From Candidatus Heimdallarchaeota archaeon (GTDB lineage: Archaea; Asgardarchaeota; Heimdallarchaeia; JABLTI01): a stretch of DNA of 32,000 nucleotides. A program made the translations under genes and the position numbers. Location of the stretch: assembly GCA_030614005.1 (NCBI GenBank), contig JAUWKS010000013.1, forward strand, positions 31,466 through 63,465. The letters run 5' to 3'. Under the pieces are notes generated by a model that did no database searches, was not told where the DNA came from, and saw only the letters and a program-made list of their open reading frames with translations. Positions within the stretch are counted from its first letter, which is position 1. Each line of letters opens with the position of its first letter. Shown here in pieces: positions 17,908-26,543 of this stretch.

Positions 17908-19545
17908 GTGAAAGAAAATCAAGTAGATATCATTACTCGAGAGGTCATTCGTGGAGGATTAGAATTTACTGCAGAAGAAATGGGTATCATTTTACGAAAC
18001 GCAGCGTATAGTACCAATATTAAGGAAAGAATGGATCACAGTTGTTCTTTATTCGATTACAAAGGACGAATGTTAGCTCAAGCAGAGCATATACCTGTAC
18101 ATCTCGGTGCTATGCCGCTTACTGTGAAGAGTGTTATAGCAACTTTTGAAGGTGAAATCAAACCTGGGGATTCATTTATTCTAAACGACCCATATTTAGG
18201 TGGAACTCATCTGCCTGATATTACTATTGTTACACCGATATTTTATCAAAAAGAATTGGTTGGTTATTCTGTAAGTAGAGCACATCACAATGATGTTGGT
18301 GGGATGGTTCCAGGATCAATGCCCGGAAATGCTACCGAAATATTCCAAGAAGGGCTGAGGATTCCTCCGGTAAAAATCGTTCAAAAAGGCGTTGTTAACA
18401 AAGATATCCTAGATATTATAATGATTAATTCTCGAACGCCTAAACTACGAAAAGGAGATTTAATGGCTCAACTGTCTGCAAATTGGACCGGAGAGAAACG
18501 ATTAATAGAATTAATTCAGCGAAAAGGATTAAAAACATATAAATTAGCTGTTGATGAAATCTTGAATTATTCTGAAAGAAGATTTCTAGCAATTATTAAG
18601 AATTTTCCAGACAAAGAAGCTGAAGGCATCGACTTTATGGATGACGATGGGATTAGTGATGAACGAATCAAACTCGTTGTCAAAGTAAAGAAAATTAAAA
18701 ACCATCTGACTTTTGATTTCACAGGTACTTCTAAACAAGTACGAGGTGCTGTTAATTGCCCAATTGCTGTAACATTATCTGGTGCTTATTTTGTTTTACG
18801 ATCAATAACTGATCCAACAATACCTGCAAATGAAGGGTTATATCGTCATTTAACAGTTATTGTTCCAGAAGGGTCAATATTAAATGCCAAATCTCCCGCG
18901 GCTGTTGTCGGAGGAAACGTAGAAACATCTCAAAGAGTTGTTGATACTTTGCTAAAAGCATTTTCAAATATTCTTCCAGATATAATTCCTGCAGCATCAC
19001 AAGGAACAATGAATAATCTCATCATAGGTGGAATGGATGTAAATAATCACCCCTTTACTTTTTATGAAACAATCGGCGGTGGAAGCGGAGGTACTCCAAG
19101 CAAAGATGGTGTTGATGGAATACATACCAATATGACGAATACTATGAATACACCCATCGAGGAAATCGAAGCAAGATATCCACTAAGAGTTCTGGAATAT
19201 TCATTGAGAAATAATAGCTCTGGTAAAGGCAAGTATCGTGGTGGTATTGGAATAATTAGAGCATTTCAAACGGAAGTGCCTGTGATAATTAGTCTTCTGG
19301 GTGAAAGGCAAAAAACCGCTCCTTGGGGATTACAAGGAGGAAAAGATGGAAAGCAAGGAGAATATTACAAAATTACTACTGGGAATGAAAAAATAGTTTT
19401 ACCAGGAAAAGGCACTTTTACATTAGACGCTGGAGAAGTAATCGTTATTGAAACCCCTGGAGCCGGTGGCTGGGGTAAACCAAAGGAAAGAAGTAAAGCA
19501 AGATTAGCTGAAGATACATTAGATGAAAAAGTATTTGAAAAATAA
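17908..19545 (+). CDS. Hydantoinase B/5-oxoprolinase family subunit
   Basis: STNIKERMDHSC, HIPVHLG, NDPYLGGTHLPD, HHNDVGG, GGNVETSQR, GAGGWG; 4 bp after subunit A. Confidence 0.93.
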   Translation: MKENQVDIITREVIRGGLEFTAEEMGIILRNAAYSTNIKERMDHSCSLFDYKGRMLAQAEHIPVHLGAMPLTVKSVIATFEGEIKPGDSFILNDPYLGGTHLPDITIVTPIFYQKELVGYSVSRAHHNDVGGMVPGSMPGNATEIFQEGLRIPPVKIVQKGVVNKDILDIIMINSRTPKLRKGDLMAQLSANWTGEKRLIELIQRKGLKTYKLAVDEILNYSERRFLAIIKNFPDKEAEGIDFMDDDGISDERIKLVVKVKKIKNHLTFDFTGTSKQVRGAVNCPIAVTLSGAYFVLRSITDPTIPANEGLYRHLTVIVPEGSILNAKSPAAVVGGNVETSQRVVDTLLKAFSNILPDIIPAASQGTMNNLIIGGMDVNNHPFTFYETIGGGSGGTPSKDGVDGIHTNMTNTMNTPIEEIEARYPLRVLEYSLRNNSSGKGKYRGGIGIIRAFQTEVPVIISLLGERQKTAPWGLQGGKDGKQGEYYKITTGNEKIVLPGKGTFTLDAGEVIVIETPGAGGWGKPKERSKARLAEDTLDEKVFEK

Positions 19546-19661
19546 GCCTTAAAAGTAGTTTTTTGATAAAAAGTGCTAAATCTAAAGATTTATTTTCTCA
19601 TAACTGACAAAATTGTGTAAGAAACGTTTGAGTTTAGCGTTTCGTATCGGAGCAATGCATA

Positions 19662-21644
19662 GTGACCACGCCAGCTAAGGGAGATAAGATAAAAACAAAA
19701 ACCCCCTACAAGACGCAACCCGATCTTGATAAAATCATTTCAGGTGGTAATTGGTACAAAAAACTCATTGAAACAATGGATGATGGAATTATTGCTACAG
19801 ATATGAATAGAATTATTATTTATGTTAACCCTGCTGCTTGTAAAAAATTAGGTTATACTGAAGAAGAATTACTTGGAAAAAGCTCTTTAGAAATTGTTGT
19901 TGAAGAAGATCGCGCTAGAGTCACTCGAGAATCAGCAATACGCTTTAGTGAAAAAGTCTCTACACAATATGAAATTACTTTTAAAACAAAAGTTGGCTCA
20001 AAATTTCCCGTTCTGATTAGTGGTTCACCAATTTTGGATGAGAATAATCAAACACTTGGCACTTATGCATTAATTACTGATATCAGAGATAGAAAGGTTG
20101 TAGAAAAAGAGTTACGGGATAAGAATAATGAATTACAAAATCTCTATAACAATTTATTGGAGTTATATCAGCAACTGGGTGCAATAATCGCAGAGACAAC
20201 TACAGTACCCTCAACTGAAATTTTGCTTTTCACCTCCAAGCATTGTGTGTATTGTGCACCTGCAGAAGAGGTCCTACAACAGGTACTTGCTTCTTACGCT
20301 GGAAAAATCACTTACAGAAAAGTGGATATTGATGAAGAGCCTGAGTTGGCAGCAGAACATGAGATTCTTTCCCTCCCAACAATTGCAATTGGCGAAGAAC
20401 AACTAACTTCTGTTCCTGATATCTATAAATTACATTCAGCATTATTCAGTGCATTAGTGCCCGAAGAAAAGTTCAGAAGAACAAGACAAGAATTAGATAA
20501 TATTATTGATAATTCACCTGTTGCTATTTTTACTATAAATTCTAAAGGAACGGTTACCAAAAGTAATCCTCTTGTCGGGATACTGACCGGTGTGGAATTA
20601 CAAGACATTACAGGTCATGATGCACTAAATCCAGAAAAGAATGGAGAATCACTATTTCCAAAATCACTCATTAAGCTTTTTAAGAAAGGCCTAAAAGGTA
20701 AGACAATAACTGAAGATCGTTTACGTATCAAAGACTATTCCTCTGAGAAAGATGATCCATTTTCAATTGTTAGTTTCAAAGTAGTTCCAATGGCTACTAA
20801 AGAGGGAGAAATAAACGAAATTCTTGTCTTATGTGAAGATGTCACTAAACTGGCTATGCAAGAAGAAGCATTGAGTGAATCCTATACCAAATTAGAAGAC
20901 CTGAATGACAAGCTTTTACAATTAAATAAAGATAGGTCGAATTTTGTTGAACTTACTTCGACTAAACTTTTAGAACCATTAAGAAACTCAAGAGAGTTGA
21001 TAGATACTATTCTTCGTGGGCAATTAGGCATGCTGAGTGAAGAACTATTTGGCACAATGGAATTTCTGAGAAATAACTTAGAAAAAGTATCAAAAAGTAT
21101 TTTTGGCATTATAGAATTTTCAAATATAGAAGCACAAGACTTCAGTTTGAAACTTGATGAACATAACCTTAAGGATCTTATTTCACAAACAACTAGTTTA
21201 GTTGGGTCTGTAGGTATACAAAAAAGCTTTATTGGGACAATTGAACTTTCTAATGAAGTCACTGTTTGGTGTGACTCTGAACAAATTATTCGTGTTTTAA
21301 GAAACTTAGTTTTGAATGCTATCCAATTCACTCCTATAAATTGTAACATTCACTTTTCAGCTGAAGATAAGAATGGTCTTGTTGCTGTTTATTTGAAGGA
21401 TAACGGTTTTGGTATTGCTAAGAAAGATCTTAAAAGAATATTTGAGCAATATGTAAAAACTGATCCCGAAAGTTCTGGGTCGGGTTTAGGGTTATCCATG
21501 GTAAAAAGTTTAGTGGAAGCTCACGGAGGAACCGTTAGAGCAGAATCGGAAGGCAAAAACAAAGGTTCAACGTTTATGTTTACTTTGCCAACCAATAAAG
21601 CATCATATGAAAAACTAATCTCTAAGAAAGAGAAATCAAATTAG
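19662..21644 (+). CDS. Cytoplasmic sensor histidine-kinase-like protein: PAS-PAC, thioredoxin-like, PAS, His-less HisKA-like, HATPase_c
   Basis: PAS (IETMDDGIIATD..YVNPAACKKLGY..EELLGK) and PAC (GTYALITDIRDRK); CVYC plus KVDIDEEPELA..ILSLPT; second PAS; N box NLVLNAIQF, G1 DNGFGI, G2 GSGLGL. Confidence 0.9.
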   Translation: MTTPAKGDKIKTKTPYKTQPDLDKIISGGNWYKKLIETMDDGIIATDMNRIIIYVNPAACKKLGYTEEELLGKSSLEIVVEEDRARVTRESAIRFSEKVSTQYEITFKTKVGSKFPVLISGSPILDENNQTLGTYALITDIRDRKVVEKELRDKNNELQNLYNNLLELYQQLGAIIAETTTVPSTEILLFTSKHCVYCAPAEEVLQQVLASYAGKITYRKVDIDEEPELAAEHEILSLPTIAIGEEQLTSVPDIYKLHSALFSALVPEEKFRRTRQELDNIIDNSPVAIFTINSKGTVTKSNPLVGILTGVELQDITGHDALNPEKNGESLFPKSLIKLFKKGLKGKTITEDRLRIKDYSSEKDDPFSIVSFKVVPMATKEGEINEILVLCEDVTKLAMQEEALSESYTKLEDLNDKLLQLNKDRSNFVELTSTKLLEPLRNSRELIDTILRGQLGMLSEELFGTMEFLRNNLEKVSKSIFGIIEFSNIEAQDFSLKLDEHNLKDLISQTTSLVGSVGIQKSFIGTIELSNEVTVWCDSEQIIRVLRNLVLNAIQFTPINCNIHFSAEDKNGLVAVYLKDNGFGIAKKDLKRIFEQYVKTDPESSGSGLGLSMVKSLVEAHGGTVRAESEGKNKGSTFMFTLPTNKASYEKLISKKEKSN

Positions 21645-21682
21645 TTACTGGTTCTTTTTATATAACTTTGTTTTGTTAGTCA

Positions 21683-21696
21683 GAAACGTTTTATAT
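21683..21696 (+). promoter_or_regulatory. Putative BRE-TATA promoter of the aldo/keto reductase
   Basis: GAAACG-TTTTATAT about 30 nt upstream of ATG 21727; GGTGA SD at ~21716-21720. Confidence 0.5.
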
Positions 21697-21726
21697 AGAC
21701 GCAATATTGTGATACGGTGATAAAAA

Positions 21727-22860
21727 ATGCAATATCGTACTTTAGGCAAAACAGGACGAAAAGTATCAGTACTAGGTTTTGGCGCAATGCGTTTACCCAC
21801 AATAAAACTTGGGGAACAAGCAATCAAACATGATGAAGCAATAGAATTGATAAGAAAAAGCATAGATGCTGGAGTAAATTATGTTGACACAGCATATAAT
21901 TATCATAGCGATGAAAGTGAGCTTGTTGTAGCAAAAGCATTGAAGGATGGTTATCGAGAGAAAGTTACTCTTGCAACAAAAGCACCAATTTGGAAGAAAG
22001 AGTACGATAAAGAAGAAAGCTTTGATAAATATCTCAATGAACAATTGAAAAAATTAGAAGTAGAAACGATAGATGTGTATCTTTTCCATGCTTTAAATAC
22101 TAAAACATGGAAGAAACTGAATGAAATAAAAGGAATTGAAAGTGCAAAGAAAGCTAAAGCAGCAGGAAAAATAAATCACTTGGCCTTTTCATTCCATGAT
22201 AAACCAGAGCTTCTGAAAGAGATAATTGATTCTGAAGCATTTGAGGTAATGCTTGTACAGTACAATATTCTTGATACTGTAAATGAAGAAATGATCAAGT
22301 ATGCATCTGAAAAAGGGATTGGTGTAGTTGTAATGGGTCCAGTAGGAGGAGGCCGACTTGCTGGTGTTCCACCTGAGAAACTAGAACAATACTTGTTACC
22401 AGGGAAGAAGAATTTTGCTGATTTAGCATTAAGGTATGTTTGGAATAATCCATACGTTGACGTTGCATTATCTGGTATGGGTACAGATGAAATGGTAGAG
22501 GAAAATCTCGCTTTGGCTTCTAACGAAGAGTACACTTTAACAGATACTCAGAAAAAAATGGCTGATGAATTAGGTGTCAAATTTAAAGGATTGACAGATA
22601 ACCTTTGTACAAACTGTAAATATTGTATGCCGTGTGAACAAGAAGTAAATATTGCATTCATCTTTCAAGCACTGATAAATTACCAAGTTTACGGACAAGA
22701 AGACGAAGCGAAAAGAAGGTACAGCATAATAGGTAAAGAAGATTGGGCTTCTGGAAAAAATGCTGAAGCTTGCACAGAATGTGGTGAGTGTTTAGAAAAA
22801 TGCCCGCAGAAAATACCTATTATTGATCAATTAAAGAAAGCACACGAAATCCTGACTTAA
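21727..22860 (+). CDS. Aldo/keto reductase with C-terminal 4Fe-4S dicluster (COG1453-type)
   Basis: YRTLGKTG..VSVLGFGAMRLP, GVNYVDTAYNY, LATK, AFSFH, MGPVGGG, CTNCKYCMPC and CTECGECLEKCP. Confidence 0.92.
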   Translation: MQYRTLGKTGRKVSVLGFGAMRLPTIKLGEQAIKHDEAIELIRKSIDAGVNYVDTAYNYHSDESELVVAKALKDGYREKVTLATKAPIWKKEYDKEESFDKYLNEQLKKLEVETIDVYLFHALNTKTWKKLNEIKGIESAKKAKAAGKINHLAFSFHDKPELLKEIIDSEAFEVMLVQYNILDTVNEEMIKYASEKGIGVVVMGPVGGGRLAGVPPEKLEQYLLPGKKNFADLALRYVWNNPYVDVALSGMGTDEMVEENLALASNEEYTLTDTQKKMADELGVKFKGLTDNLCTNCKYCMPCEQEVNIAFIFQALINYQVYGQEDEAKRRYSIIGKEDWASGKNAEACTECGECLEKCPQKIPIIDQLKKAHEILT

Positions 22861-22892
22861 TTAATTAATAAGACTAATAAAAATAAAAAAAC

Positions 22893-22910
22893 AGCAGTTG
22901 AGAAACTGCT
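22893..22910. terminator. Hairpin with flanking A/T tracts between convergent genes
   Basis: AGCAGTT-gaga-AACTGCT 7-bp stem, with an A-run upstream and a T-rich run downstream. Confidence 0.55.
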
Positions 22911-22925
22911 TCTATCTTTCTTTTT

Positions 22926-23615
22926 CTATCTCATCCATTGTGCTACTTTGACTCCTTTCCAACGTTTTATCTCGCCGTTTTTCATACCGATGAAATCAGG
23001 AATCATTCTGAGGATAATGAGTATTGTGCACCCCCAACTAAAAACCATTATTGGCCACGTATGCCAATGAGTTCCATCAAGCAAGGAAAATTGTCCTACT
23101 AGATAGAAAATAGTGTATGTTGTCGCAACGGATACTGTTGCCATTATACCTGCTATTCCACTATATCTGATAATTATTAACCAAACAAGTAATGAAACCC
23201 ACCAAACAAGGATACCCCATGGATTGATTACAATCATGACACCAGTTAATACTGCAAATCCTTTGCCTCCTTGAAATTTCATCCAAGGCATCCAACAATG
23301 TCCCGCAAATGCTGCAATACCACACAGAGCAGCTAGTAAATCCAAATTCACTGGTTCTAAAGATGTTAGAGTACTGAAAAAGATATATCGAGTTAATAAT
23401 GTGCCAAGAAAGCCTTTTGTAATATCTAAAGACATAGTTAAAATCGCCCAACTATAACCCGCTGTTCGTACAGTGTTTCTAGTGCTAACGGAACCTGAAC
23501 CTTCATTTCGCACATCTTTTCCAGTAACTAATTTAACAATAATCCAAGCAAATGGAATCGAACCGAAAAAGAACCCAATAATTGGTGCTAAAATATAAGG
23601 ATAAATCATCTGCAA
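22926..23615 (-). CDS. plsY: PlsY-family glycerol-3-phosphate acyltransferase homolog with divergent motifs
   Basis: FGSIPFAWII, DVRNEGSG, DITKG, GH...FQGGKGFA; multi-TM, 229 aa. Motif 3 is degenerate (see findings). Confidence 0.85.
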   Translation of the reverse strand: MQMIYPYILAPIIGFFFGSIPFAWIIVKLVTGKDVRNEGSGSVSTRNTVRTAGYSWAILTMSLDITKGFLGTLLTRYIFFSTLTSLEPVNLDLLAALCGIAAFAGHCWMPWMKFQGGKGFAVLTGVMIVINPWGILVWWVSLLVWLIIIRYSGIAGIMATVSVATTYTIFYLVGQFSLLDGTHWHTWPIMVFSWGCTILIILRMIPDFIGMKNGEIKRWKGVKVAQWMR

Positions 23616-23787
23616 AATCTCCTGTTATTAGCACTACTATTCTTTATCTTTAAATAGATTTTTCACAGACGCTATGATATGGTTATTACGGCTAATTCTT
23701 TAACAAAATTAATTCTTTGGCAAAAACTAAAAAAGCAGAAGAGCTTAAAGAGGATAACAAACCAAATCAAAAGAGAGACTGATTATC

Positions 23788-24054
23788 TTGGTATCTTGGA
23801 AAGAAGAATTTAAACAAGCAGGTATAGAGTTGGGGTATGATTTACTATTAGTTGCACTAATCATTTGTTGGGTAGCGGCTATTGTTACTGCTATACTAGA
23901 AGTTTCTCTTTGGATTGCCTTAGGACTTTTCTTTTTGGGATGTATTTTCTTATTTTCAATGTTTACAGTATCGAGAAATTCAGAAGAAGCTGAGAAAAAA
24001 GCTCTAGCAAAAGAAAATTCTGAAGATGTAGAAGAGGAAGAAGAAAAAGCATAA
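23788..24054 (+). CDS. Small hypothetical membrane protein (2 TM, acidic tail)
   Basis: 88 aa, two hydrophobic stretches, coding-like composition, no overlap with neighbours. Confidence 0.75.
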   Translation: MVSWKEEFKQAGIELGYDLLLVALIICWVAAIVTAILEVSLWIALGLFFLGCIFLFSMFTVSRNSEEAEKKALAKENSEDVEEEEEKA

Positions 24055-24287
24055 GAAAGTATATTTTTGGAATAATTTTATTCGTAAGAGAAACTAACAG
24101 CCTTTTTTTTCTTTGTTATACCCATAACACAATACTTTTTTGCATACAATTCAAAAATATGCTATCTGATAATTTGTTGCTAATAGTTAAATTGCTCGTA
24201 ATTTTGTAAATTAGGTTCATTTACACAAATGAATAAGCAGAATAATCAAATTATTAACTATTGAAATCCTGTTTGGAGAGAAAAAAC

Positions 24288-25937
24288 ATGCCAGAAGTAG
24301 GTCTAGGAGAATTCGATGATCAAGAAGTATTAAAGAAATCGCTTGTGGCATTCGAAAAAACCAAAAAAGAGATTCAAGATCATATTCTTGAAAGAACCGC
24401 AGTTGTTCCTGATGTAACTTTAACTGAAATAGAAAAAGAATTCAATATTTCCACAGAACTCGCGAAAGCAATTTTTGTGTTAGAATTTGAGTATTATATT
24501 CCGAGGAAACTTTCAGCAAATTGTTACCTCTCTGAAATGAAGAGACTTACAGAAGCTCAATATGAATTGCCGGATATTTACTCTTTTAGAGTAAGGTATT
24601 CAATGGAAGAAGGTTTTTGGATTAAATATCTAGTAGTGGATCTTCCAAAAAAACTTGAACATAAAATGGGTAAACTGAAAAAAATCTATTGTTCTCTATT
24701 TGGCGACCTCGCCGCGGATAAAGAAGACGCAGCCGTATATATTATCGAAAGAGCTTTTATCTGTAGTGAGGTAATAAGACCAATTATCCATTCTTGGATG
24801 AAAGAGCATCATCGAGCAAAGTATTCTGATTGTGTGAAAACATTTTTGTGTAGCATCCAACGAAAAGCAAGAGAAAAGTGTTTACCATTAGTGGAAGAAA
24901 TTGGCAATAGATTTCATTCACAGATGGATTCACTAAGAAGTATCATTACCGAAATTCGACCAAAAGGGTGGATAATGAATGCAAAAGAAGAATATAATAA
25001 ACTTTCAGAGAAACTAATACTATTTGAAAAGGAAGACTACCTTGATTGGCGATTAGCTGCAGAAATTATTTTAGAAACAATGTTGTTGAGAGATTTTGAT
25101 GATCAAGATAAAGAAGAAACAGATTTTGTAGTTAAAGAAATGCCAAAACAAAAAGAAAATATTGTAACTCAAATGATAACAACAAAAAAGGAAAAATACC
25201 TCACAGATGATATTTCAGTAATTCTTACAAAAATAGTTGATTTATCTGAAGAGAACCAGAAACCGCTAATAGAAGAGATGATACAAGAAAATTATGATCA
25301 TGCAACAGTCAAAAACCGAGTAAAACCAGCTATTTTCTCAAAGATTTTTCTTGAAAGGATTATGACTGAACTGATGATTGGAAATAAAGAAATAGTCAAA
25401 ATAACAAAGAAATTTGATGTACAACTTATGTTTCGCTTATCTCCTGCTGGAGGAAAAGAATTTCCACATTTAGGAATAGATGACAAAATAACTGGATTGC
25501 TTGAAGAATTTGTTATGGATATTCTACAAAAACAAAATGAGCTAAAAATGATTTCTACAGAAGAAACTATGAGGGAGAAAGCTGAGCAATCTATTGAAGA
25601 GAGCGAAAAACACTCAGAAGAAGTAGACTCGACAAAGAAAAGTCAAGTGGTTGGGAAAATAAAGGAATCGAGTGAAAAGGAATTATGGTTATTTGTAAGA
25701 GATGAATACTTGAAAGAATTATTCGATAGTGAGAAAGAATTAGTTGCAGGAGCAAGAATTCTGAAGAAATATTCACTTGAACTGGGATTATTAATGACTG
25801 AGGGAGAAGCAACGTCATATCTAACCTCTGAACTCGATAAGAAGGGCTTTTCTATTGAAAGCTCAAGCAGAGAAGATATTGATTCAAATGTGTGCAAAAT
25901 CGTTTTCAAACAGTTGAAAGAATTGAGGAAATACTAA
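24288..25937 (+). CDS. Hypothetical soluble alpha-helical protein (~550 aa)
   Basis: Long ORF; GGAGAG SD before ATG 24288 (ORF-track start 24261); no recognisable family motif. Confidence 0.85.
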   Translation: MPEVGLGEFDDQEVLKKSLVAFEKTKKEIQDHILERTAVVPDVTLTEIEKEFNISTELAKAIFVLEFEYYIPRKLSANCYLSEMKRLTEAQYELPDIYSFRVRYSMEEGFWIKYLVVDLPKKLEHKMGKLKKIYCSLFGDLAADKEDAAVYIIERAFICSEVIRPIIHSWMKEHHRAKYSDCVKTFLCSIQRKAREKCLPLVEEIGNRFHSQMDSLRSIITEIRPKGWIMNAKEEYNKLSEKLILFEKEDYLDWRLAAEIILETMLLRDFDDQDKEETDFVVKEMPKQKENIVTQMITTKKEKYLTDDISVILTKIVDLSEENQKPLIEEMIQENYDHATVKNRVKPAIFSKIFLERIMTELMIGNKEIVKITKKFDVQLMFRLSPAGGKEFPHLGIDDKITGLLEEFVMDILQKQNELKMISTEETMREKAEQSIEESEKHSEEVDSTKKSQVVGKIKESSEKELWLFVRDEYLKELFDSEKELVAGARILKKYSLELGLLMTEGEATSYLTSELDKKGFSIESSSREDIDSNVCKIVFKQLKELRKY

Positions 25938-25956
25938 AAAAAATCATTATCCTCTT

Positions 25957-26094
25957 TTATCTGTCCTCAAAAATTGAGAAGGATCTACTCGTCGTTTTTT
26001 GATTAGCATTATCAGAAGAATTGTTACCAATAACATCTTTCTTACGGTAACTGCGGCTCAGATTTTCCGCCCAAAAATCTAGTTCAACTGGCAT
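25957..26094 (-). CDS. Candidate small ORF (45 aa, MPVELDFWAENLSRSYRKK...)
   Basis: Read by hand; ATG at 26094 with GAAGGT upstream, convergent to the preceding gene. Below the ORF-track cutoff and no homology evidence. Confidence 0.3.
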   Translation of the reverse strand: MPVELDFWAENLSRSYRKKDVIGNNSSDNANQKTTSRSFSIFEDR

Positions 26095-26543
26095 GCTATT
26101 TCTTTACCTTCTCAAGATTGGTTTGTAGTGACAATGATATTTCAATAATTCAATAAAAACAACCGCAATATCGGGATAGTTACCTCAATATTAGCTTCTA
26201 ATAGAATTTAGAGATGAAAAAGAGAAGAAAAAAAGGTTTTTGTAGCGACAAAAACACCGATGCTTTTTCCCACAAAACATAAAAAGAATCAATAAAAAGT
26301 ACAATTAGAAAGTTACTAGACTTCAAATCCAGAAAAACTAGCTGAAGTTACCAGTACAAAGAAAAGTTCCTAAAATCAATGTTATCTTAGATGGGAACAT
26401 CAAGAAAAAGCGGGGATATGTTTAACTATTCAAAAAGTGGTTAGATAAAAAACATCACCAAATAAACAAGTACTTGGTACAGATAGATTTTGAAGGAAAT
26501 GAAATACAGACCAAACAATTGGTAATAGGTTGATGAAAGAACA

